This document shows positions 8,064 through 16,745 of a stretch of 36,492 nt of DNA, piece after piece (position 1 is the stretch's first letter; each line of letters opens with the position of its first letter). Made by a program: the position numbers and the translations under genes. Source of the DNA: an uncultured Clostridium sp. (GTDB taxonomy: Bacteria > Bacillota > Clostridia > TANB77 > CAG-508); contig CAMMNR010000001.1 in NCBI GenBank assembly GCA_946498265.1, positions 1 to 36,492 of the forward strand, read 5' to 3'. The notes beneath the pieces were generated by a model. It made no database searches. It worked only from the letters and a program-made list of their open reading frames with translations, and had not been told where the DNA came from.

Positions 8064-9692
8064 ATGGGCGTAAATAATAACGTTTTAGAGAAGGAAAAAA
8101 ATTCAGAAAATAGTAATGTTTCTGAAAAAAATAATAATTTAGAAAATAACGAAATCATTAAAGAAATTGATAATTCAAAAAATAAAATAGATATTGTTGA
8201 ATCAGACACAGTTAATAGTGAATTCAAACCTTTAAATAATTCGAAACCTACAAGTATTATGACAATTTTTACAATATTAGTAATGGTTGTATTTAGTATA
8301 ATTCTTATTTTAATTATTGGTTTTACTGCTTATAATTTTTTTAATACTAAAATAGTTTCTGGAGTTTATATAAAAGGGATTGATGTTTCTAATTTGAGCA
8401 AATCTGATGCAAAATATCAAATAGATAATTTAGTTTCACAGAATTTGCCTGATGAAATACAACTTAAGCATGATGATTTCATTGCTACAGTTTCTCTTTC
8501 TCAAATGGAAACTCAATTTGATACTAAAAATGCAGTTGAATCAGCATATCTAATCGGTAGACAGGGAAATATTTTTGAAAATAATTTATATGTTTTAACC
8601 ACTATGTTTAGTCATGTAAATATAGAACCTACAGTAAGAATTAATGAAGATTTATTAACAACATATTTGGATAGCTTGTCTTCACAGTTACCTGATACAG
8701 TTATTCAAAGTAGTTATTATATAGAAGGAAATAATTTGATTATTACTTCTGGTTCAGAAGGTCATGTAGTAGACATCCCTCAAACCATTCAAAATATAAA
8801 ATCTGCGGTTTCAGATTTCTCATGTAAAGATACTCCTGTTGAAATCGCTGTAAAAACTGAACAACCTCAAGCTATTGATATAGAAAAAATTCATAATGAA
8901 ATTTATAAGGACCCTGTAGATGCTTATTATACCCAAAATCCTTTTATGGTATACCCTAGTGAAAATGGAGTTGATTTTAATATTTCAATAGATGAAGCTA
9001 AAGCAATAATTGCTGAACCTAAAGAAGAATATACTATTCCTCTAAAATATACAACTCCAAATGTTACAACAAATATGATTGGAACAGAAGCTTTTCCAGA
9101 TTTATTATCAACATTCTCTACAAATTATTCTACTAGAGACACTGATAGAACTACAAATTTAAGATTAGCTGCTAATAAAATTAATGGAACTGTTTTAATG
9201 CCAGGAGAAACTTTTTCATATAATCAAGTAGTTGGTGCTAGAACCATTGCTGCTGGATATAAAGAAGCTCCTATATATGTTTCTGGAGAAGTAGTTGATG
9301 GACTAGGTGGTGGTATTTGCCAAATAACTTCTACATTATATAATGCTGTTATATATGCAAATCTTGAAATTGTAGAAAGGTCAAATCATCAATTTGTACC
9401 TTCATATGTTAGTGCAAGCCGTGATGCTACAGTTGTTTATGGTTCAATAGATTTTAAATTTAAGAACAATAGAGACTATCCTATAAAACTAGTATGTTCT
9501 GTATCTGGTGGTGTTGCTAATTTCCAAATTTTTGGTATGAAAACTGAAAACGATTATGAAGTTGAAATATCTTCTTATCAAACTGGTACAACTGCTACAG
9601 CTATTTATTCTGAAGCATATAAGATTTTAAAGAAAAACGGACAAGTAGTAAGTAAAGAATTATTATCTAAAGATACATATAAAAGACATTAA
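8064..9692 (+). CDS. VanW-family protein with an N-terminal Asn/Glu-rich tail and a TM anchor
   Basis: VanW core ...GETFSYNQVVG...GYKEAPIY...GGGICQITSTLYNA... One TM segment (IMTIFTILVMVVFSIILILIIGF). AAGGAG RBS. Confidence 0.85.
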   Translation: MGVNNNVLEKEKNSENSNVSEKNNNLENNEIIKEIDNSKNKIDIVESDTVNSEFKPLNNSKPTSIMTIFTILVMVVFSIILILIIGFTAYNFFNTKIVSGVYIKGIDVSNLSKSDAKYQIDNLVSQNLPDEIQLKHDDFIATVSLSQMETQFDTKNAVESAYLIGRQGNIFENNLYVLTTMFSHVNIEPTVRINEDLLTTYLDSLSSQLPDTVIQSSYYIEGNNLIITSGSEGHVVDIPQTIQNIKSAVSDFSCKDTPVEIAVKTEQPQAIDIEKIHNEIYKDPVDAYYTQNPFMVYPSENGVDFNISIDEAKAIIAEPKEEYTIPLKYTTPNVTTNMIGTEAFPDLLSTFSTNYSTRDTDRTTNLRLAANKINGTVLMPGETFSYNQVVGARTIAAGYKEAPIYVSGEVVDGLGGGICQITSTLYNAVIYANLEIVERSNHQFVPSYVSASRDATVVYGSIDFKFKNNRDYPIKLVCSVSGGVANFQIFGMKTENDYEVEISSYQTGTTATAIYSEAYKILKKNGQVVSKELLSKDTYKRH

Positions 9693-9716
9693 ATTTCTAG
9701 TAACTATATTTTTATT

Positions 9717-10138
9717 TAAAAGACAAGTAATTATAATTTTTAAATTAATTAAAATATATACTTTGCCATAGTACTATTTGAGAATTTTTTAAGTTTTGAT
9801 GGAAATTAATTGAATTAGAAACTATTAATAAATTTTAGAACAATAGCGGGTTTTATTTAAACTTTCTTTATTTATAACAATTTAAAACCCGCGTCATTGT
9901 TCGTGTGCCAAATTTTACGTAAGTTAAAATTTGTGTACATTTGTTAGAAAATTCTTTTATCTAATAGGAATTTCGAAGAAATTTCCTATTAGATAAAAAG
10001 AGTTCAAACATCCTTGTTTGGAAGGGTGCCATAAAATTTATTTATAGTTTCTTTGAAAATTATATTGACAGATAAACTTAAAAAATTATCAAATAATACT
10101 ATGGCAGAATAATAATTTATAATTACTTGTCTTTTAAT
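9717..10138. repeat. About 420-bp non-coding element with nested terminal inverted repeats and three or four internal hairpins (MITE-like or structured RNA)
   Basis: The outer arms AAAAGACAAGTAATTATAA (9717-9735 and its reverse complement near 10118-10138) match 19/19. The inner arms, about 34 nt (TGCCATAGTAYTATTTGAKAATTTTTTAAGTT, near 9773-9806 and 10075-10108), differ at 2 positions. Internal hairpins lie at about 9847-9893, 9903-9938 and 9955-9998. Confidence 0.6.
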
Positions 10139-10144
10139 TTTTTT

Positions 10145-11518
10145 CTACATTGTAAGAGTCCCATTAGGAGTATCTTTAATTATTAATATATCTTCTTCTC
10201 TAGCATTTTCAGCATTAATATATACTAAAAATTCTTGATCATCTATTTTACCTTTAAACTCATAACATAATATTTCTGATTGCCATTCTGTTGGAATTAC
10301 TGCCAATCCTTCACTTTCTATTTGAATTTCCTTATTCAAATTTTTCTTTGCCTCATCCAATGTGATTTTTACATTATCAATGTTTCTTTCTTGATGATTA
10401 TTCAAATATCCACTAGTTTCTACTCCTAAGATTTCTCCGTCATCAAGAGCTACTTTTACTTTTATTAAATCTGGATACATTATAACATTATTTTGAGTTG
10501 AAGCATAATTTATTGTTACTATTCCCTCTTGTTTCAAATAATATGTTTCCTTCATATTAGGAAATCCTATATTATTTAGATACTCTTTTCCTTTTTCATT
10601 TGCTTCTTCTTGAGAAATTATTTCCGCGCTTACTTCTCTATTTGAGTTCATATAAACTAAATGTCCACCTTTTTTTGATATTGCTACATTTATATTTTCT
10701 TCATTATTTGTTTTTACAGAAAAGTCATAAACTGGTATTGTTGCATTTTCTGACAACCCTAAACTAGAAAATTCCTGTACATCTTTTCCACTCAATATTT
10801 CTTCTACTTTTTTCTTTGCTTCATCTTCTTCTATATCATCGCCTGTTAAACCTCTTTTCTCACTACTTGTTAAATGTTCTGAAAAAGCACCATCATATAT
10901 TAATCCTGAATATTCATGAAAATTTTCTTCTAAATTACTAAAACTTTCTTTTGAAACATTATCTACTTGTTGTGCAAATGCTACTGTTCCTTTATCTGTT
11001 AGCTCTTTCCAACTAAATCTTCCAGAGTTTAAATCTTCAGATAATTGATTTAATGTATTTTCTAATTCTACACTATATCCATGTAATTCTTTTAAATTAT
11101 TTAAATCATCTTCAGTTAAACTTTCATCATAAATATTTTTTCTTGATAAAGAATAACTATAATCACTAACCTGATTTAAAAATTTCTCTGTATTTTCTAA
11201 TTCTTGACTTTCTATCGGAAGTCTTGCCAAATATGCTTGTGCAAGATTTGCTTCCCTCCATAAACTAGTCAAAGTTTCTGCTCCATGTTCTGGAGTCGTT
11301 GATATTAAAGACTTAGCTAAATATGTTTCCACATTTTGTACATAATCTACTAATTCATAAAAAGCCATATTATATGAATTTTCTGCTGCTTGTTTGTATT
11401 CTTTTTGCTTTATAAAAACAGTGAATCCTAAAATCACTGCTATAGCAAACAGTCCAACAATTACACTAAGCATATGTTCTTTTTTCAATCTATTTTTCCA
11501 TTCTACTAATTTATTCAT
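10145..11518 (-). CDS. ypeB: Germination protein YpeB
   Basis: N-terminal TM anchor, about 450 aa, PepSY-type C-terminal repeats. Lies immediately downstream of a SleB-like hydrolase gene. AGGAGG RBS. Confidence 0.85.
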   Translation of the reverse strand: MNKLVEWKNRLKKEHMLSVIVGLFAIAVILGFTVFIKQKEYKQAAENSYNMAFYELVDYVQNVETYLAKSLISTTPEHGAETLTSLWREANLAQAYLARLPIESQELENTEKFLNQVSDYSYSLSRKNIYDESLTEDDLNNLKELHGYSVELENTLNQLSEDLNSGRFSWKELTDKGTVAFAQQVDNVSKESFSNLEENFHEYSGLIYDGAFSEHLTSSEKRGLTGDDIEEDEAKKKVEEILSGKDVQEFSSLGLSENATIPVYDFSVKTNNEENINVAISKKGGHLVYMNSNREVSAEIISQEEANEKGKEYLNNIGFPNMKETYYLKQEGIVTINYASTQNNVIMYPDLIKVKVALDDGEILGVETSGYLNNHQERNIDNVKITLDEAKKNLNKEIQIESEGLAVIPTEWQSEILCYEFKGKIDDQEFLVYINAENAREEDILIIKDTPNGTLTM

Positions 11519-11536
11519 TCAAATCTCCTCCTAAAT

Positions 11537-11570
11537 TTGTGCCAAGAGGGACGGGCTATTTTGACACAAA
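11537..11570. repeat. Third copy of the GC-rich palindromic element (TTTGTGCCAAGAGGGACGGGCTATTTTGACACAAA)
   Basis: It shares the loop GGGACGGGCTA and the stem architecture with 31931-31959 and 32008-32036. Located in the sleB-ypeB intergenic region. Confidence 0.7.
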
Positions 11571-11616
11571 ATTATCATTTTAAAAACTTTTTCATTTTTT
11601 GGATATCAATGATTTC

Positions 11617-12093
11617 CTACTTACAAAAACGATGTTTCCCTATAGTTTTTACATGTGGCCTAGACCATATCCACTTATTTGTTGCTGTATCTGGATTAAA
11701 ATAATATATACATCCTCCTGTTGGATCCCATCCATTCATTGCGTCTCTTGCTGCTTTATATACTGTTGACCCTTCGTCTATTGGAACATTAATTTGTCCA
11801 TCAGCTACTGCCGTAAATGCTCCTGTTTGATATATTACTCCTGCTATTGTATTAGGAAATTGAGAACTTTTTACTCTATTTAATATAACAGCTCCAACTG
11901 CTACCTGCCCCTCATAAGGTTCTCCTCTTGCTTCTCCATTTATTGCTCTTGCCATTAATTGTATATCTGAATTATTTGACCCAGCTGCGTAGCTGATATT
12001 TGTATTTTCTTTATCATTTCCTATAACAACAGAAAATATAATTAATGTTAGAACTGATATTATAATTAATATTATTTTTAATAATCTTTTCAA
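11617..12093 (-). CDS. sleB: Spore cortex-lytic enzyme, SleB/CwlJ-type (Hydrolase_2 domain only)
   Basis: ARAINGEARGEPYEGQVAVGAVILNRV...FPNTIAGVIYQ..AFT motif. A signal-peptide-like N-terminus MKRLLKIILII results from a TTG start at 12093 (RBS AAAGGTG 5 nt upstream). The alternative TTG is at 12111. Confidence 0.85.
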   Translation of the reverse strand: MKRLLKIILIIISVLTLIIFSVVIGNDKENTNISYAAGSNNSDIQLMARAINGEARGEPYEGQVAVGAVILNRVKSSQFPNTIAGVIYQTGAFTAVADGQINVPIDEGSTVYKAARDAMNGWDPTGGCIYYFNPDTATNKWIWSRPHVKTIGKHRFCK

Positions 12094-12166
12094 ATTATCA
12101 CCTTTTTCCAAAATTTATATTCTCTCATAATTATTTTGGATTTTTTTTTAGAATTTATTCCATTTT

Positions 12167-12195
12167 TTGAAAATTTGTATTTTTTATGCTAAAAT
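12167..12195 (+). promoter_or_regulatory. Sigma-A promoter for the glycosyltransferase gene
   Basis: TTGAAA (12167-12172), 17 nt, TAAAAT (12190-12195). Confidence 0.55.
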
Positions 12196-12268
12196 GGTAA
12201 ATGTAAAACATTTACGAAAGCAATAATATTTTAAATCAATATATTGCTCAAATGGAGGTTTTTATATA

Positions 12269-13387
12269 ATGAAAATTTTAATTTTTTATGCATCATATGG
12301 TGGTGGACATTTAAATGCTGCAAAATCTATTAATGAATATATTATCAATAATTATAAAAATCACGATGTTAAAATGATAGATTGTATGAAATATGTAAAT
12401 AAAACTATTGAAAAAGTTACAACTGCAGCTTATCGCGAAATGGCAAAAAAAGTTCCATGGGCATGGGGAAAAATATATTCTGATTCACAAAAAGGTCCTT
12501 TAGCTCATATTTCAAGTAGATCTAATAAAATTTTAGCAATAAAATTATTAAAATTATTAAGAGAAGAACAACCAGATTTAATTATTTCTACACATCCTTT
12601 TGGAAGTCAAATGTGTAGTTACTTAAAAAGAAAAGGTAAAATAAATGCTAAAATTGCAACAATTATGACAGATTTTGCTCCACATGATCAATGGCTTGTA
12701 GGAAATGATTTTACAGATTTTTATTTTGTTGCACATGATAAAATGAAAGAATATCTAGTTGATAAAGGAATACCTGACTCCAAAGTATTTGCTACTGGAA
12801 TACCTTTGTCTAGCAGATTTTTAAAAAAATATAATAGAAATGAAATTTTAAATGCTTTTTCTTTGAAAGATAATAAATTAAATATTTTATTTTTTGGTGG
12901 TGGGGAATTTGGACTTGGCAAAACTAGAACATTTAATATTTTTGAAAGTTTTGTTCAATACTGTAAAGATATGCAAATAGTCGCTATAGCTGGTAAAAAT
13001 CCAAAAATGAAATTAGCTTTTGAAGAGATTGTTGAAAAAAATAATGCAACTGAAAGAGTTAGAGTATTACCTTTTACCGATAAAGTTCCTGAATTGATGA
13101 ATATATCAGATTTAGTTGTAACAAAACCTGGTGGAATGACAATAACTGAAAGTTTAGCTTGTAACCTTCCTATTGTAATTATTAATCCTATCCCAGGTCA
13201 GGAAGAAGAAAATGCTGAATTCTTGGAAAGCAAGGGTATTGGATTGTGGATTAAAAAATCTGATGATGTATTACAAGTATTAGAAAATTTATTTTCTAGC
13301 CCTGATATGCTAACAAAAATGAAAGAAAATACTAAGCTTTTAGCAAACGTTAATTCTACAAAGGATATTTGTGAAATATTATTATAA
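12269..13387 (+). CDS. Diacylglycerol glycosyltransferase (MGDG-synthase / UgtP-like, GT28 family)
   Basis: N-terminal SYGGGH and a C-terminal GT28-type domain (VTKPGGMTITESLA...P.PGQEEENA). Confidence 0.8.
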   Translation: MKILIFYASYGGGHLNAAKSINEYIINNYKNHDVKMIDCMKYVNKTIEKVTTAAYREMAKKVPWAWGKIYSDSQKGPLAHISSRSNKILAIKLLKLLREEQPDLIISTHPFGSQMCSYLKRKGKINAKIATIMTDFAPHDQWLVGNDFTDFYFVAHDKMKEYLVDKGIPDSKVFATGIPLSSRFLKKYNRNEILNAFSLKDNKLNILFFGGGEFGLGKTRTFNIFESFVQYCKDMQIVAIAGKNPKMKLAFEEIVEKNNATERVRVLPFTDKVPELMNISDLVVTKPGGMTITESLACNLPIVIINPIPGQEEENAEFLESKGIGLWIKKSDDVLQVLENLFSSPDMLTKMKENTKLLANVNSTKDICEILL

Positions 13388-13415
13388 AAGAAGCACCTAT
13401 TCAGATGCTTCTTTT
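13386..13415. terminator. Bidirectional terminator between convergent genes
   Basis: 10-bp stem AAAAGAAGCA/TGCTTCTTTT with a 10-nt loop, flanked by A- and T-runs. Confidence 0.6.
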
Positions 13416-13693
13416 ATAATAAATTCGCCATTAAATACAAATATTTCAAAATATTGCGTTTCCTGACGAATCTCAGGCGGAATGACAATTCTTCCCCTAT
13501 CATCCACTTTCACCAAACCTATGATTTTGCAATTCTTTGTGTTTATAATTTTTCTTAGCTTAATCATAGTTTCCTCTTCTCCTGGGCAAATGGCAAGAAT
13601 TTTTTCATCAGTAAGATTTACAAATTCCATCAACATAGATGGCAATTGTAATCTATTCTGATTATCTATCTTCCGCACTATCTTATTTTTCAT
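13397..13693 (-). CDS. AbrB/MazE/SpoVT-fold protein carrying two tandem swapped-hairpin repeats in a single 98-aa chain
   Basis: Repeat 1 is IVRKIDNQNRLQLPSMLMEF...MIKLRK. Repeat 2 is IGLVKVDDRGRIVIPPEIRQ...EFIIKE. Both fit the VRKVDELGRVVIP.E.R pattern of AbrB N-domains. AGGAGG RBS. Confidence 0.7.
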   Translation of the reverse strand: MKNKIVRKIDNQNRLQLPSMLMEFVNLTDEKILAICPGEEETMIKLRKIINTKNCKIIGLVKVDDRGRIVIPPEIRQETQYFEIFVFNGEFIIKEASE

Positions 13694-13729
13694 GCTTTTT
13701 CCTCCTGGAGCTTAGTTATTATGTAAATA

Positions 13730-13758
13730 ATTTTATCACAATTTTAGCTATTTTTCAA
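13730..13758 (-). promoter_or_regulatory. Sigma-A promoter (extended -10) for the double-AbrB gene
   Basis: On the minus strand: TTGAAA (13753-13758), 17 nt, TG-A-TAAAAT (13730-13735). Confidence 0.55.
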
Positions 13759-13761
13759 GTG

Positions 13762-14361
13762 TTATAACTCTCTTCTTCCTTCTAAAGCCTTAGTTAAAGT
13801 AATTTCATCTGTATATTCTAGATCTCCCCCAACAGGAATACCATGTGCAATTCTGGTTACCTTTATCCCTAAAGGTTTTATTAATTTTGATATATATATT
13901 GCTGTTGCCTCTCCTTCTACTCTTGGATTAGTAGCAAGAATAACTTCTTTAACATTTCCATCCATTAACCTAGACAATAATTCTTTTATTTTTATATCAT
14001 TTGGCCCTATACCATTCATTGGAGATATAGAACCATGTAAAACATGATATACACCTTTGAATTCATGTGTTTTCTCCATAGCTACAATATCTCTAACATC
14101 TTCTACTACACAGATAGAAGTCGTATCTCTTTTAGGATCTGCACATATTGGGCATGGGTCTGTATCTGAAATATTAAAACATTTACTACAATATTTTAAA
14201 TTTTTCTTTGCATTTAAGATTGAAGATACAAATTCATTTATTACTTCATCAGAACTATTTAATATATAAAAGGCTAACCTTGCTGCCGTTTTATGCCCAA
14301 TACTTGGTAATCTTTCAAAACTTTCAATTAACTTTTCTATTGATGGTGAATATAATGACAT
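13762..14361 (-). CDS. recR: Recombination protein RecR
   Basis: HhH N-terminus ([15 protein letters not shown]), a C4 zinc finger (CSKC...CPIC) and a Toprim domain. The ATG at 14361 has GGAGG 5 nt upstream. Confidence 0.95.
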   Translation of the reverse strand: MSLYSPSIEKLIESFERLPSIGHKTAARLAFYILNSSDEVINEFVSSILNAKKNLKYCSKCFNISDTDPCPICADPKRDTTSICVVEDVRDIVAMEKTHEFKGVYHVLHGSISPMNGIGPNDIKIKELLSRLMDGNVKEVILATNPRVEGEATAIYISKLIKPLGIKVTRIAHGIPVGGDLEYTDEITLTKALEGRREL

Positions 14362-14427
14362 TTTTTCCTCCATTTTCTTAGCTTAAATAATTTTTCCACT
14401 TTTTGACTCGTCCTCAAAATAATAATA

Positions 14428-14457
14428 GGGAAAAAAAAGGGCGTCCCCTTTTTCCCT
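14428..14457 (-). terminator. GC-rich hairpin between ybaB and recR (attenuator or terminator) containing the GGGGACG core
   Basis: The minus strand reads GGGAAAAAGGGGACGCCCTTTTTTTTCCC and overlaps the ybaB stop codon. Confidence 0.45.
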
Positions 14458-14800
14458 ACATAAGTCCTGGTATATTGAATTTTCCTAATTGGTCTGCTTG
14501 AGCTGAATCTACTTTTCTTAATGCTTCGTTTATGCATGTCAAAATTAAGTCTTCTAACATTTCTACATCTTCTGGATCTACTACTTCTGGCTTTATTTTT
14601 ATTTCTTTTATTTGTTTATCTCCTGATACTTTTGCTTGTATAGCTCCTCCACCTGCTGTTGCTTCAAATTCTTTTGTTGCTAATTCTTCTTGAGATTTTT
14701 GAACATCTTCTTGCATTTTTTTTGCTTGTTTCATTAGACTATTTATGTTCATTCCTCCAAATCCTCCCATTCCTCCTGGGAAACCTCCTCTTTTTGACAT
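14456..14800 (-). CDS. ybaB: Nucleoid-associated protein YbaB/EbfC
   Basis: GGMNINSLMKQAKKMQE...ATAGGGAIQAKVSGDKQI..I.I.PEVVDPED.EMLEDLI signature. Located between dnaX and recR. Confidence 0.93.
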   Translation of the reverse strand: MSKRGGFPGGMGGFGGMNINSLMKQAKKMQEDVQKSQEELATKEFEATAGGGAIQAKVSGDKQIKEIKIKPEVVDPEDVEMLEDLILTCINEALRKVDSAQADQLGKFNIPGLM

Positions 14801-14875
14801 ATAAATTCTCCTTTCTATTTGATATATTTTTATTTCTTATAATTAATTATTATATCTTAAATTCAATTTTGATAA

Positions 14876-16531
14876 TTAGTTCATTGTAAAAGGTATATCT
14901 GATTTATTTGCTAAATCTCTAATTTTTTCATCACTTGTCGTTTGGACTTTTTGCGGTCCATTATTTATCATATATTTTATATTCATATGCTTTCCACATG
15001 CCATTGAAACCATATTAGATATTTCTCTAACATTTTCTTGCTTTTCAATTACTGCTTTTCCAAATGAATTTAATCCATTTGGAAATTCAATTCCTACTGT
15101 CATATCATTGATTTCTATAGCTTTACTATTCATTAAATTTGTATATAAAACTATTTTTCCATTGTTCTTTAAATCTTTTAATATTTGTGGCCAGTATTCT
15201 TCTGCTTTATTTGAATAATTTTTATTTTCTTTCTTAACACTTTTTGCTATTTTAGATTGTTCAGTTTTACTTGGTTCTACATTTATACTATTTTCTGTTA
15301 CACTTTTTTCTGCAACATTTCTACTAAAATAATTATTATCATTATTATTTATATTAGTCACATTATAAATTTGTGAATTTCTATTTTCACTTTGTTTTTT
15401 CAAATATTTTTCTATTCTTTCAATTCTTTCTTGAATATCATCTGAAACATAGCTTTGTTCATTACATAGTTTTATTATTCCTGCTTGGAACATTATAGTT
15501 TTTTGAGTTGACCATTTTATATCATTTTCTAATTCTGATAATTGATATATCAAATTAACCAATTTTTCTTTTGATACTTTATCAGATAAGTCTTTTATAT
15601 CTTTTAATTCGTCTTCATTATATAAGTCTAATTTTTCAGTTGATTTATATACTAAAATATCTTTTGTATATTTTATAATTTCCCATAAAAAATTAATAAT
15701 ATCTTTTCCATCATCTAAGACTTTTTGTATTACTTCTAATGCTCTATTAACATCATATTCAACTACTGCTTCTACTAAACCATGTATAAAAGTTGTTTTA
15801 GGAATACCAACTAAATCTTTTATTTTATCTTCATCAATTTTGTTATCTCCATCTTGAATACATCTTTCTAAAATTGATAATGCGTCTCTCATGGCCCCTT
15901 CAGATAAAACAGCAATCACATTTAAAGCATTTTTTGATATCTCAATATTACTTTCTTTACATACTATTTCTAGTCTTTTTATAATATCTTCATTTGATAT
16001 TCTCTTGAAATCAAATCTTTGACATCTTGATAAAATTGTTGCTGGCAATTTTTGTGGTTCTGTTGTCGCTAAAATAAATTTTACATGTTCTGGTGGTTCT
16101 TCCAATGTTTTTAATAAAGCATTAAATGCTCCTGTTGATAACATATGCACTTCATCTATAATGTATACTCTATACTTCGCTTTAGTAGGTAAAAAGTTAA
16201 CTTCTTCTCTTATACTTCTTATATCTTCTACACTATTATTTGAAGCTGCATCCATTTCTACTATGTCTGTCAATGAACCTGAAATTGCTCCTTTACATAT
16301 TTCACATTCATTACATGGCTCTCCATCTTTTGGATTTAAGCAGTTGATTGCTCTTGCAAGTATTTTAGCTGCTGATGTCTTTCCTGTTCCTCTACCTCCA
16401 TTAAATAAATATGCATGCCCCACTCTATTTGCTATTATTTGATTTTTCAATGTTTTTGTTATATGTTCTTGACCTACCATTTCTGAGAAATTTAAAGGTC
16501 TAAATTTTCTATAAAGAGCTGTGTACCCCAT
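14876..16531 (-). CDS. dnaX: DNA polymerase III subunit gamma/tau
   Basis: YRKFRP..F.E.VGQEH, the GGRGTGKTS Walker A, a zinc module CNECEIC, DEVHMLS and SRCQRFDF. Confidence 0.95.
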   Translation of the reverse strand: MGYTALYRKFRPLNFSEMVGQEHITKTLKNQIIANRVGHAYLFNGGRGTGKTSAAKILARAINCLNPKDGEPCNECEICKGAISGSLTDIVEMDAASNNSVEDIRSIREEVNFLPTKAKYRVYIIDEVHMLSTGAFNALLKTLEEPPEHVKFILATTEPQKLPATILSRCQRFDFKRISNEDIIKRLEIVCKESNIEISKNALNVIAVLSEGAMRDALSILERCIQDGDNKIDEDKIKDLVGIPKTTFIHGLVEAVVEYDVNRALEVIQKVLDDGKDIINFLWEIIKYTKDILVYKSTEKLDLYNEDELKDIKDLSDKVSKEKLVNLIYQLSELENDIKWSTQKTIMFQAGIIKLCNEQSYVSDDIQERIERIEKYLKKQSENRNSQIYNVTNINNNDNNYFSRNVAEKSVTENSINVEPSKTEQSKIAKSVKKENKNYSNKAEEYWPQILKDLKNNGKIVLYTNLMNSKAIEINDMTVGIEFPNGLNSFGKAVIEKQENVREISNMVSMACGKHMNIKYMINNGPQKVQTTSDEKIRDLANKSDIPFTMN

Positions 16532-16554
16532 AATTTCACATCCTTTATACTATA

Positions 16555-16693
16555 AAAAATGGTAGATACCTAATCCCTCTATGGAAAGTACTCCACATAA
16601 AGATGACTACTTATTGCTGCTTCCTTCCGGACCTGACAAGGTTCATAGGTCTTTATTGGATTACTCTCCATAGAAAGATTAAATTTCTTACCA
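16555..16693 (-). ncRNA. ffs: Signal recognition particle RNA (small/4.5S-like form)
   Basis: The minus strand contains the invariant domain-IV sequence GTCAGGTCCGGAAGGAAGCAGC. It is flanked by pairing arms (CTATGGAGAGTA...TACTTTCCATAG and ATGGTA...TACCAT) and ends in a T-run. This is the canonical position upstream of dnaX. The ends are approximate. Confidence 0.8.
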
Positions 16694-16698
16694 TTTGT

Positions 16699-16727
16699 AT
16701 TATATAATTATTTTTAATTTTTATCAA
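16699..16727 (-). promoter_or_regulatory. Sigma-A promoter of the SRP RNA gene
   Basis: On the minus strand: TTGATA (16722-16727), 17 nt, TATAAT (16699-16704). Confidence 0.65.
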
Positions 16728-16745
16728 GTGGTATTTTCAATAATG

